Shown here piece by piece: positions 7,878 through 16,125 of a DNA stretch of 24,000 nt. Source of the DNA: Thermococcus sp. JdFR-02 (lineage in GTDB: Archaea; Methanobacteriota_B; Thermococci; Thermococcales; Thermococcaceae); NCBI GenBank assembly GCA_002009975.1, contig MTLP01000042.1, positions 292,418-316,417 on the forward strand, written 5' to 3'. The position numbers and the translations under genes were made by a program. The notes beneath the pieces are model-generated. The model ran no database searches. It saw nothing but the letters and a program-made list of their open reading frames with translations, and was not told the origin of the DNA. Position 1 is the stretch's first letter. Each line of letters opens with the position of its first letter.

Positions 7878-10800
7878 ATGAAGGCAGTATATAGAGAAAT
7901 GTGTCCTAACTGCGAAGAGAGAATCACTGATGAGCGCTTATATATGAAACATCCATGTGAGAATTGTCTCGATGTCAAAATTCGAGCTGAGACTTATTTT
8001 GATTTGCTTAAAGCTGTCAGAGAGGCTTTAAAAGTTAAAAGAACTCTAAAACATTGGGAGGAGTTGTATTCTGTTGAAAGAAAGCTTAAAGAAGTTGAAG
8101 AGCTCTTTGAAAAAGCAACTGGATTTAATTTTTGGAGTGCACAGAAGACTTGGGTACGGAGACTAATAAAAAACAAAAGCTTCTCAATAATTGCCCCGAC
8201 TGGAATGGGCAAAAGTGTTTTTGGCAGCTTTATGTCACTTTATTATGCCAAAAGAAAAAAGAGGAGCTATATTGTTCTACCCACAACGCCACTAGTCAAA
8301 CAGACAATAAAGAGAATACAAACTTTTGCTGAAAAAGCGGGAATTGAAGTGAATTTAGCATACTATCATGGAGAGCTAAAGAAAAAAGAGAAGAAAGAGA
8401 TGATGGAGAAGATACAGAGTGGAGATTTTGACATATTGATAACCTCCGCACAATTCCTCGCAAGGAATTTTGACATAATAAAGGATAAGAGATTTGATTT
8501 CATCTTTGTTGATGATGTCGATGCTTTTTTAAAAGCCTCCAAAAACATTGACCGCTCCCTCATATTGTTGGGATTCACTGAAGAAGTTATCCAAAAAGCT
8601 TGGGAAATTATACGCCTTAAAAAGCAGCTTGCAAGATTGCTAAACTCGAAAAAACGAGAAGAGCTTAATGAACTAAACAAACAAATTGAAGCCCTTAACA
8701 AGGAAATCCAAAAATATAAACGGGAAAATAAAATTGGAGCATTAATTGTAGCCTCTGCAACTGGAAGGGCAAGAGGAGATAGAATTAAGCTATATAGAGA
8801 GCTTTTAGGTTTTGAAGTCGGAAGCGGAAGAAGTGCATTAAGGAATGTTGTCGATACTTATCTATTCCCACAAAAGAGCCCTGAAGAGCATGTTGAAGAA
8901 CTTTTAACAAAGCTTGGAAAAGGCGGATTAATCTTTGTTTCAATTGATCAAGGGATTGAATATGCTGAAAAGCTAACTCAATACCTACAAGAAAGAGGAT
9001 TTAAAGTTGAATTGGTTTCTGCGAGAAGTAAAAAAGGTCTTGAGAAGTTCGAAAATGGTGAGATTGACTATTTAGTAGGTGTGGCAACATATTATGGGTC
9101 AATAGTCAGAGGTTTAGATTTGCCGCATTTAATTAGATTCGCTATATTTACAGGTGTTCCAAAGTTCAGGTTTAGTCTCGATTTAGAACAACCCACAATT
9201 TATAGAGTCCTCGGGCTAATGAGCGAGATTATGGAATTTTTAAGTGATGAGGATAGAAGAGAAGCCGAAAAACTGCATGCAAGATTAAGGCGTTTGATAC
9301 AAAACATTCCTCAATTTGAGTTATTGAAGATTGAAGAAGCTTTGGCTGAGGGATTACCCTTAGAAGGCTTCCACAACCATGTTTTAGAAGTGTTTAAGAG
9401 TGCAGTAGAGTTCCTTAGGACAGTTCTAAGGAAAGAAGAAGTTTTAAGAAAAATTGAGGAGGATCCATTCGTTAGTCTGAAGAAAGAGGGAGAGAAGTGG
9501 TACATTGAAATTCCAGACGTTAGAACATATATCCAAGCAAGTGGAAGAACTTCACGTTTATTTGCAGGTGGTATTACAAAAGGTTTAGCGGTTACGATTA
9601 TTGACAACGTTAAAGTGTTTAACGGATTAAAGAGACAAATGAGATGGCGTTTCCAAGAATTTGAGATTAAGCCTTTAGAAGAACTCAATTTAGAAGAGAT
9701 TCTAAAAGAGATTGATGCAGATAGAGAGAAAGTAAGGCTCATTATAGAAGGAAAGATTAGCGAAAAAACAAGAGATTTAGTCAAATCTGCATTGATGATT
9801 GTTGAATCACCAAACAAAGCTAGAACTATAGCGAGCTTCTTTGGACACCCAAGTAAAAGAAGAATTGGAGATTTAGTTGCATATGAAGTCAGCATTGGAG
9901 ACAGAATGCTAACTATCTTAGCAAGCGGTGGACATATGTTTGACTTGGTGACAAACGAGGGCTATCACGGTGTAGAGCTTAGAGAAAATAATGGAAAGTT
10001 ATTCTTCCTTCCAATTTATGACACCATAAAGCGCTGTAGAGAGTGCGGACATCAATTTGTTGATTGGGAAGAAAGAGGTATTTGTCCGAGATGCGGTTCA
10101 AGAAACGTTAGAGATGCCTTGGAAAATGTAATCGCAATGAGAGAAATTGCCCAAGAAGTTGATGAGATACTAATTGGAACTGATCCCGATGTAGAGGGAG
10201 AGAAAATTGCATGGGACATCAGGAACGTTCTATCTCCCTATACACAAAATGTAAAGAGAATAGAGTTCCACGAAGTTACGAGACCAGCTATCTTGAAGGC
10301 TTTAAAAGAAGCAAGGGATATCAATGAATATAGAGTGAATGCCCAATTAGTGAGAAGAATAGAGGATAGATGGATTGGTTTTGAACTCAGTCAAAAGCTC
10401 TGGGAAGTCTTTGAAAACAAGAACCTTTCTGCTGGAAGAGTTCAAACTCCAGTCTTGGGATGGGTAATTCAAAGGTATAAAGAATTCAATGAAAGCGAGA
10501 CTGAATTCTTGGCATTAATCCTAGAAAATGGCATAAATGTAGTGATGGAAGGTGTAAAAGGAGAAATTGAAGAAGTTACGGTTGAGGATGTTTTAATCGA
10601 AGAGAGAGAAATCAATCCATTACCGCCATATACAACAGATACCATGCTTCAAGATGCTTCCCGCTATTTAGGATTTTCAGCATCACACACAATGCAGCTT
10701 GCACAAGATTTGTTTGAACTCTCTTTAACTACCTACCACAGAACAGATAGCGCTCATGTGAGTAATACGGGAATTGAAGTTGCTAAAGAATATATTACAG

Positions 10801-11516
10801 AGGAAATAGGCGAGGAATACTTTGCCCCAAGAAAATGGGGTGAAGAAGGTGCTCACGAATGTATAAGACCAACAAGACCAATTGATACTGGAAGGTTAAT
10901 ACAGTTAATAAGGGACGGAGTTATAACCCTAGCAAAGCCTTTAACGAGAGACCACTTCAGGCTTTACGATTTAATATTCAAACGCTTCATGGCAAGTCAA
11001 ATGAAAGCTGCGAAAGTAGTTTATGAGAAAGCAATAATTGATGCAAAAATTGGAAAAGCCGAAATTGAAGGATACATTGATGTTTTCTTTGAAGGATGGT
11101 CAAAATTAAAACCGCTCCCACTAAGGCAGCTACCTAAGCTTGAGAAGGGACAAACAATTAAAGTAACCGAGACCAGGAAATGGAAAGCACCAAAAGTAAG
11201 CTTATACACTCAAGGAGATCTAATTGCATTGATGAAAGAGAGAAAAATTGGAAGACCATCAACCTATGCTAAGATCGTCAAGACCCTATTGGATAGGCAT
11301 TATGTTATAGAGACCAGCAAAAGAAAACGCTTAGTGCCAACTGAATTAGGAACCAAGGTTTATCATTACTTGCTTAGCAAATATAAGGAACTAGTTAGTG
11401 AAGAAAGGACAAGGCAGCTGGAAGAGCTTATGGACTTAGTTGAGGAAAGCAAGATTGATTACCAAGATGTGCTGAATGATATGTATGCAGAAATAAAACG
11501 TTACGTTTTGGGATAA
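7878..11516 (+). CDS. rgy: reverse gyrase (helicase-like domain fused to type IA topoisomerase)
   Basis: N-terminal Zn finger (CPNCEE..HPCENC). Helicase motifs APTGMGKS and FVDDVD. TOPRIM ([15 protein letters not shown]). Topo IA active-site region LTTYHRTDS. About 1212 aa with no intein insertion. The track GTG 7869 lies within the SD AGGTGA, so ATG 7878 ([12 protein letters not shown]) is the likely start. Confidence 0.95.
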   Translation: MKAVYREMCPNCEERITDERLYMKHPCENCLDVKIRAETYFDLLKAVREALKVKRTLKHWEELYSVERKLKEVEELFEKATGFNFWSAQKTWVRRLIKNKSFSIIAPTGMGKSVFGSFMSLYYAKRKKRSYIVLPTTPLVKQTIKRIQTFAEKAGIEVNLAYYHGELKKKEKKEMMEKIQSGDFDILITSAQFLARNFDIIKDKRFDFIFVDDVDAFLKASKNIDRSLILLGFTEEVIQKAWEIIRLKKQLARLLNSKKREELNELNKQIEALNKEIQKYKRENKIGALIVASATGRARGDRIKLYRELLGFEVGSGRSALRNVVDTYLFPQKSPEEHVEELLTKLGKGGLIFVSIDQGIEYAEKLTQYLQERGFKVELVSARSKKGLEKFENGEIDYLVGVATYYGSIVRGLDLPHLIRFAIFTGVPKFRFSLDLEQPTIYRVLGLMSEIMEFLSDEDRREAEKLHARLRRLIQNIPQFELLKIEEALAEGLPLEGFHNHVLEVFKSAVEFLRTVLRKEEVLRKIEEDPFVSLKKEGEKWYIEIPDVRTYIQASGRTSRLFAGGITKGLAVTIIDNVKVFNGLKRQMRWRFQEFEIKPLEELNLEEILKEIDADREKVRLIIEGKISEKTRDLVKSALMIVESPNKARTIASFFGHPSKRRIGDLVAYEVSIGDRMLTILASGGHMFDLVTNEGYHGVELRENNGKLFFLPIYDTIKRCRECGHQFVDWEERGICPRCGSRNVRDALENVIAMREIAQEVDEILIGTDPDVEGEKIAWDIRNVLSPYTQNVKRIEFHEVTRPAILKALKEARDINEYRVNAQLVRRIEDRWIGFELSQKLWEVFENKNLSAGRVQTPVLGWVIQRYKEFNESETEFLALILENGINVVMEGVKGEIEEVTVEDVLIEEREINPLPPYTTDTMLQDASRYLGFSASHTMQLAQDLFELSLTTYHRTDSAHVSNTGIEVAKEYITEEIGEEYFAPRKWGEEGAHECIRPTRPIDTGRLIQLIRDGVITLAKPLTRDHFRLYDLIFKRFMASQMKAAKVVYEKAIIDAKIGKAEIEGYIDVFFEGWSKLKPLPLRQLPKLEKGQTIKVTETRKWKAPKVSLYTQGDLIALMKERKIGRPSTYAKIVKTLLDRHYVIETSKRKRLVPTELGTKVYHYLLSKYKELVSEERTRQLEELMDLVEESKIDYQDVLNDMYAEIKRYVLG

Positions 11517-11532
11517 TTCCTTGAAAATTTCT

Positions 11533-11576
11533 CTTTTATTTTATTACTATCATCCTCGGTAATATGTTGTTTTTTT
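11533..11576 (+). terminator. T-rich tracts downstream of rgy (CTTTTATTTTATT, then a T7 run at 11570-11576)
   Basis: Oligo-T runs 17-60 nt after the TAA stop at 11514-11516. Confidence 0.4.
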
Positions 11577-11672
11577 CAAACAATTTTGTTCTGAAAACCA
11601 AAAACTTTAAATGGAATAGTAGTAAAAACTTTGTACGTGGATGCAACATTTATAAAATCACGTGAAGTTATG

Positions 11673-11711
11673 CTAAAATAAGATACTAAAATAAGAAGCT
11701 AAACTAACATA
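11673..11711. repeat. three tandem copies of a 13-bp unit (CTAAAATAAGATA / CTAAAATAAGAAG / CTAAACTAACATA)
   Basis: Read directly. Copies 2 and 3 each match copy 1 at 11 of 13 positions. The array ends 14 bp before the putative trmBL2 TATA. Confidence 0.7.
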
Positions 11712-11724
11712 CCTTAGAAAAAAG

Positions 11725-11731
11725 TTATATA
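11725..11731 (+). promoter_or_regulatory. putative TATA box for trmBL2 (AAAGTTATATAGG)
   Basis: TTATATA lies about 45-50 nt upstream of ATG 11776, which fits a short leader carrying the GGTGGT SD. Confidence 0.4.
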
Positions 11732-11775
11732 GGTTAAATCACAAATATTTAAACAAGAAAGCAATGGTGGTAAAA

Positions 11776-12570
11776 ATGGTAAAAGATAGAATGGTAGAAC
11801 TTTTACAAGACCATTTTGAATTGAATTTATACGAAGCAAGGGCATATGTTGCCTTGGTTGCATTTGGAGTTCTTACTCCAGCTGAGTTGGCAAGTGTTTC
11901 TGAAGTCCCTGCCCCAAGAACCTATGATGTTTTAAGAAGTTTAGAAAAGAAAGGATTTGCAATTAGCCAACCTGGCAAAGTAAACAAATACAGACCTGTT
12001 CATCCAAAGAACATCCTTGAGAAGTTTATTGAAGAGTGGCAAGAGAGAGTCAAGGAAGAACTTGAGCTTAAGAGAAAAGCCAAGAATGAGCTAATCGAAT
12101 TAATGACACCCCTTATCGAAACAGAGATTCCAAAGTACGGTGTTGAAAGAGTCTGGGTTGTTAGGGGAATTAGAAACTCCACCTTAAAGACAAGAGAAAT
12201 GCTTGAAGATGTCAAGAAGGAGATTCTCCTAGCAGATGATGGCTATATTGCAATAAACCTTGAAGAAGAAATTGCCCAAGCTGCCGAAAAGGGCGTTGGT
12301 GTTAAAATCGTTGTTACAAGACAAATCTTGCCAAGATTACAAGCCACAAAGATAATGGATCTCTACAAGAAAGGCAAAATTGAGCTTAAGATTGTTGAAA
12401 ACATGGAACTACCAATGCTTATTTGCGATGAGGAAGTCTTCTTTGCCTTAGAAGACATGGCAGCAAGATACTTCAACTATGAGACACAAGTCTGGATCAA
12501 GGACTTTAGAGTTGTTAACCTCTTTAAAGGAAAGTTCAATGAATATTGGGAAAAGGCAGAGAAAGCTTGA
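11776..12570 (+). CDS. trmBL2: TrmB-family DNA-binding protein, TrmBL2-type (chromatin-associated global repressor; no sugar-binding domain)
   Basis: KDRMVELLQDHFELNLYEARAYVALVAFGVLTPAELASVSEVPAPRTYDVLRSLEKKGFA..KYGVERVWVVRGI..LPMLICDEEVFFALED..YFNYETQVWIKD..FNEYWEKAEK is nearly identical to Pyrococcus/Thermococcus TrmBL2 (PF0496/TK0471) as I recall it. The start is ATG 11776, or alternatively 11764. Confidence 0.85.
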   Translation: MVKDRMVELLQDHFELNLYEARAYVALVAFGVLTPAELASVSEVPAPRTYDVLRSLEKKGFAISQPGKVNKYRPVHPKNILEKFIEEWQERVKEELELKRKAKNELIELMTPLIETEIPKYGVERVWVVRGIRNSTLKTREMLEDVKKEILLADDGYIAINLEEEIAQAAEKGVGVKIVVTRQILPRLQATKIMDLYKKGKIELKIVENMELPMLICDEEVFFALEDMAARYFNYETQVWIKDFRVVNLFKGKFNEYWEKAEKA

Positions 12571-12783
12571 TTACGCATATTTAAACTTCTCTTCTTCCTT
12601 ACTTTTCTGTTTGATTCTCCAAAGAATTTTTCCTTCTCTCTCAAAGCTTTCAACTTTCCCCTGCTCTGTCAGTCTAAGCAAAAGCCTTCTTGTCTCAATT
12701 ACAGAGCTTTTAACATGCTCAGCTATCTCATTAACTGTCATCTCTTTTCCTTCAAGTACCTCCAGTATCTTCAAATGCTTCAT
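12571..12783 (-). CDS. small winged-helix DNA-binding protein, 70 aa
   Basis: KILEVLEGKEMTVNEIAEHVKSSVIETRRLLLRLTEQGKVE has a minimal wHTH pattern. ATGA overlap with the upstream gene. The stop abuts the trmBL2 stop with 0 nt between them. Confidence 0.65.
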   Translation of the reverse strand: MKHLKILEVLEGKEMTVNEIAEHVKSSVIETRRLLLRLTEQGKVESFEREGKILWRIKQKSKEEEKFKYA

Positions 12784-13100
12784 TGTTTCACCTCCAACTT
12801 TTTATAACGCTCCAAAATTATAAGGATCTTCTCCATAACCTCAAGGTATTTTGAAAGCTCATCAACATTATTGGGCAAATTGCTTGCCAAGGTTTCAAAT
12901 TTCTCAATGAGAACCTCCTCCACACTTTTGGTTTCAACTTTTTCCTGCTTTTTCCTATGCTCACAAATAGGGCAAAATACCTTTCCATTCTTTTCAAAGA
13001 GAGGGGAGCCACATTTGGAACAATGTTTATCAAGCATTTTCGCTCCTGAAAGCAGGAGAGGGGTTATAATGCTCTTGATCTCCTCTTCACTTACCCCCAT
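12780..13100 (-). CDS. UPF0148-type zinc-ribbon protein (autoantigen p27-like family)
   Basis: LLSGAKMLDKHCSKCGSPLFEKNGKVFCPICEH is the N-terminal helix plus CxxC..CxxC ribbon typical of archaeal UPF0148 proteins. SD GGTGGA upstream of ATG 13100. Confidence 0.7.
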   Translation of the reverse strand: MGVSEEEIKSIITPLLLSGAKMLDKHCSKCGSPLFEKNGKVFCPICEHRKKQEKVETKSVEEVLIEKFETLASNLPNNVDELSKYLEVMEKILIILERYKKLEVKQ

Positions 13101-13102
13101 TT

Positions 13103-13831
13103 TTATCCACCACTTAAAAGTTGAAAGACATCTATTAATGCCCTTTTGCCTAAACGGCTCCTCTTAATCTTATCAGAAATTTCCGAAATGTCAAACGCTA
13201 CTATCTTAAACTTTTTCTTAATCCCCTCCAAAATATCAAGAAGCTCTTCTAAGCTCAATTCTCCATGTTGAAAGCGGGCAATTTTATATTCTGGCTTTAG
13301 AACATCAAGATCAACTGTAAGATAAACCTCATTCCCAAGATACTTTTGAGCCTCTTCTAGGATTTCCTCAACGGAATGAGTTTTCAAACTTTTATAAGCC
13401 CTCCAAACACCTCTAACTTTCCTGCTTCTTGGTAGAGCTGGAAAAATCTTCACCCTCCTTGTCCAAAGCTGAGTCCCTTCAGTCGTTGGTATCATTACAA
13501 CTGAACCTATTATTGATGCCCTCTTGAGTAAATTATTCTCCAGAGCAAAAGCCAACCAAGAGCCGTGATCAAGATAATCATGCATTAAGTCGGTATGGGC
13601 ATCTATACTTATAAGAAAGTTGGGCTTTAATTTCTGAATTATTCCGTAGGTTGCTAAATGCTCCCCAACTATATAGGCATTATCAGAGGGGAGTCTTTCA
13701 GATAGGAGTTCAATGTTATTTGATTCAACTATTATATAATCATCAATTAACATGTTTTTCTTTAACAATTCTAATACGTACAATACTCCATCTCTGTTAG
13801 GTTTTTCGCCAAATGGAATAAATGTAACCAT
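13103..13831 (-). CDS. divergent arginase/agmatinase (ureohydrolase) superfamily protein
   Basis: Family motifs in the right order: VGEHLAT (GGDHS position), SIDAHTDL (DAHxD), TVDLDVLKPE (SxDxDxxDP position). At about 242 aa it is shorter than canonical SpeB. The track start TTG 13843 is replaced by ATG 13831 (MVTFIPFG). Confidence 0.6.
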   Translation of the reverse strand: MVTFIPFGEKPNRDGVLYVLELLKKNMLIDDYIIVESNNIELLSERLPSDNAYIVGEHLATYGIIQKLKPNFLISIDAHTDLMHDYLDHGSWLAFALENNLLKRASIIGSVVMIPTTEGTQLWTRRVKIFPALPRSRKVRGVWRAYKSLKTHSVEEILEEAQKYLGNEVYLTVDLDVLKPEYKIARFQHGELSLEELLDILEGIKKKFKIVAFDISEISDKIKRSRLGKRALIDVFQLLSGG

Positions 13832-14088
13832 CTCAACTCCCAAGAGTTAATCTTATTTTGGGTTTTTAAACTTATATGTAAGCCTCTGGATTTTGAGCTC
13901 TTTTCCTAATGTAAACACTTCACCCGTAGTCTTAACAATAATGTTAAGTACATCTTACTTCTTGAACTCCATAATTCTTTTTTGAGTATTCAAAGAAATC
14001 AGATCTCTGAAGTTTTCAACTTGTTATCCGGAAAATTATATAAGTCAGCAATTACAAAGAAATAATAAAATCTCAGTGGGGGGTATGA

Positions 14089-14784
14089 ATGAAAGAAAAG
14101 ACAGTTATTGATAACATTTTCTCCTTATTTGATGAAATAGTAAAGGGAGACAGTATAGTATTTGAATATTCTTGTCCTGAGAGATTACCTTTAGGAGTAT
14201 TATTGTTGAGTATTTGGACAAAAAAGAAAGGATATCCTTTATTAATTAACGAAACTATAGATCTCCTTCACGTTTATAAGAAAAAATTAGAGCTCAATGG
14301 AATTGATACATGTTTTATAGATAATGCCCTTGTTATCAAAATTGGTGGAGTTATAGAGACTGGAAAAGTCATTGCAAGGGTTCCTATTGAGCCCGATGCG
14401 ATTGTTCTTTTAAGAAAACACCTAAAGATATACCGCAGAGTGCTGGAAGAATACAAGTTTGTCATAAATGTGTGGCTAGATTTTCCCGAATTAATTTCCA
14501 TGTGCTCTGGAAATACAGACTGTGAATATACCTTATTCAGCAATGTTGTGAGATATATTGGAGATAAACACAGAATATCATTCTACTTCATTCCTCCAAA
14601 CCTAGATAGAAGTGCACAATTCCTAAAGAGAGTTGCAACAAAGATCCTGCGTTTAATTGAGATCAAAGAGGGAGAGTTTATGTTGGAGCTGGAAAATCCT
14701 GTGTATGGAACGAGTAAGCATGTCAAGTTTACTTCAGTCGATATCATGGAATATCTCGAGAAAGAAGGGTTTTTGAAAGAATGA
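14089..14784 (+). CDS. hypothetical protein; KaiC/RadA-like domain lacking the P-loop (resembles Pyrococcus DUF257-type proteins)
   Basis: 231-aa ORF with SD GGGGGG 5 nt upstream. The N-terminus follows the KaiC/RecA layout (..LFDEIVKGDSIVFEY [P-loop position = SCPERLP] LGVLLLSIW..KGYPLLINETID...GID...ALVIKIGG). Hand-counted GC is 28-33% on three lines, against about 42% in rgy. Confidence 0.55.
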   Translation: MKEKTVIDNIFSLFDEIVKGDSIVFEYSCPERLPLGVLLLSIWTKKKGYPLLINETIDLLHVYKKKLELNGIDTCFIDNALVIKIGGVIETGKVIARVPIEPDAIVLLRKHLKIYRRVLEEYKFVINVWLDFPELISMCSGNTDCEYTLFSNVVRYIGDKHRISFYFIPPNLDRSAQFLKRVATKILRLIEIKEGEFMLELENPVYGTSKHVKFTSVDIMEYLEKEGFLKE

Positions 14785-14841
14785 GCATTTATTTCCAATT
14801 TCAGATTTTATCATTTCTTTGTTGATAAGTTGATAGTTAAA

Positions 14842-14850
14842 GTTAAAAAT
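14842..14850 (+). promoter_or_regulatory. putative TATA (GTTAAAAAT) for the hps-phi cluster
   Basis: Lies about 46-54 nt upstream of ATG 14896. SD GGGAGGT is at 14882-14888. Confidence 0.4.
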
Positions 14851-14895
14851 GTACAGAGAGAGTGATTACTGAAAATCCTTCGGGAGGTACTCAAG

Positions 14896-16116
14896 ATGAT
14901 TTTACAAGTCGCTTTAGATTTAACAGACATTGAAGAGGCTATTTCTATTGCTGAAAAAGCCGCTCGTGGTGGCGCTCATTGGCTCGAAGTAGGAACACCT
15001 TTAATTAAAAAAGAAGGCATGAGAGCAGTTGAGCTCATGAAGAGAAGATTCCCAGATAGAAAAATCGTTGCAGATCTAAAGACTATGGACACTGGAGCTC
15101 TAGAAGTTGAAATGGCTGCAAGACATGGTGCAGATGTTGTGTCAATTCTCGGTGTTGCAGATGATAAAACAATAAAAGATGCAGTTGCAGTTGCAAAAAA
15201 ATATGGAATCAAGATTATGGTGGATTTAATCGGTGTTAAGAATAAGGTAGAGAGAGCAAAGCAACTTGAAAAAATGGGAGTTCACTATATTTTAGTTCAC
15301 ACTGGAATAGACGAACAAGCTCAAGGTAAAAATCCTCTTGAGGATTTAGAAAAAGTTGTTAAGGCTGTTAAAATTCCAGTTGCAGTTGCTGGGGGATTAA
15401 ATTTAGAGACAATCCCTAAAGTAATTGATCTTGGAGCTACGATTATAATCGTCGGAGGAGCAATTACAAAATCAAAAAATCCTCAAGAGATTACAAGGAA
15501 GATTCTAGACTTATTCTGGGAGGAATATATGTTGACCATAAGAAAAGCTATGCATGACATAACAGACCATATAGATCACGTAGCTGATGCTTTAAGGCTC
15601 GATGAAGTTAGAGGAATGGTAGATGCCATGATTGGAGCAAATAAAGTATTCATCTATGGTGCTGGAAGGAGTGGATTGGTCGGTAAAGCCTTTGCTATGC
15701 GTTTAATGCACCTCGACTTTAATGTCTATGTAGTTGGCGAGACAATTACACCTGCCTTTGAACCTGGAGATTTGCTAATTGCAATTAGTGGTAGTGGTGA
15801 AACAAGAACTATAGTAGATGCTGCTGAAATTGCAAGGAAGCAAGGGGGAAAAGTTGTTGCAATAACATCTTATAAAAATTCAACCTTAGGAAAATTAGCT
15901 GATGTCGTTGTAGAGATACCTGGAAGGGCAAAAACAGATATTCCAACGGATTATATAGCAAGGCAGATGATAACACAATATAAGTGGACTGCTCCAATGG
16001 GGACGTTGTTTGAAGACTCAACAATGGTCTTTTTAGACGGTATAATAGCCCTATTGATGGCAACATTTCAGAAGACCGAAAAAGATATGAAGAGGAAGCA
16101 TGCGACATTAGAATAG
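14896..16116 (+). CDS. hps-phi: bifunctional 3-hexulose-6-phosphate synthase / 6-phospho-3-hexuloisomerase (Hps-Phi fusion, RuMP pathway)
   Basis: The N-terminal half has the OMPDC-like Hps pattern (MILQVALDL..ADLKTMDTG..LVHTGIDEQ..VAGG). The C-terminal half is a SIS-domain Phi (VFIYGAGRSGLVGKAFAMRLMHL..AISGSGET). The 406-aa fusion is characteristic of Thermococcales. Confidence 0.92.
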   Translation: MILQVALDLTDIEEAISIAEKAARGGAHWLEVGTPLIKKEGMRAVELMKRRFPDRKIVADLKTMDTGALEVEMAARHGADVVSILGVADDKTIKDAVAVAKKYGIKIMVDLIGVKNKVERAKQLEKMGVHYILVHTGIDEQAQGKNPLEDLEKVVKAVKIPVAVAGGLNLETIPKVIDLGATIIIVGGAITKSKNPQEITRKILDLFWEEYMLTIRKAMHDITDHIDHVADALRLDEVRGMVDAMIGANKVFIYGAGRSGLVGKAFAMRLMHLDFNVYVVGETITPAFEPGDLLIAISGSGETRTIVDAAEIARKQGGKVVAITSYKNSTLGKLADVVVEIPGRAKTDIPTDYIARQMITQYKWTAPMGTLFEDSTMVFLDGIIALLMATFQKTEKDMKRKHATLE

Positions 16117-16125
16117 GGGATTCGG

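Noticed and set aside
9311-9895. 194-aa minus-strand ORF inside reverse gyrase. The same class includes 1303-1704, 2738-3097, 3116-3307, 4087-4269, 5850-6248, 6700-6960, 7994-8212, 8132-8332, 8366-8701, 11021-11209, 12000-12215, 12818-13033, 12871-13167, 14274-14543, 14583-14798, 14976-15212, 15809-16108, 17500-17730, 19931-20302 and 21330-21599
   Set aside because: All lie antisense to, or out of frame within, genes with clear family signatures. Their products are S/L/F/I-rich shadow-frame sequences typical of purine-rich (GAA/AAG) coding strands. None has a convincing SD.
7878-11516. Checked reverse gyrase for an intein or split-gene architecture
   Set aside because: The reading frame is continuous and of ordinary length (about 1212 aa). 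The helicase and topoisomerase motifs are contiguous, and no Cys/Ser..HN-type splice junction insert is present.
12479-12823. 114-aa plus-strand ORF spanning the trmBL2 3' end and the wHTH gene
   Set aside because: It is out of frame with trmBL2 and antisense to the wHTH and UPF0148 genes, and its composition is low-complexity S/L-rich.
13955-13972. Small hairpin TTAACA-ATAA-TGTTAA in the 13844-14088 intergenic region
   Set aside because: A 6-bp A/T-rich stem is expected by chance in AT-rich DNA and would be unstable at the growth temperature of a hyperthermophile.
14808-14836. Inverted repeat TTATCA-N9-TGATAA and a GTTGATA direct repeat upstream of hps-phi, considered as a Thermococcales glycolytic motif (TGM)
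   Set aside because: The TGM consensus is TATCAC-N5-GTGATA. Both the half-sites and the spacing differ here. It may still be an operator, but I cannot support that from sequence alone.
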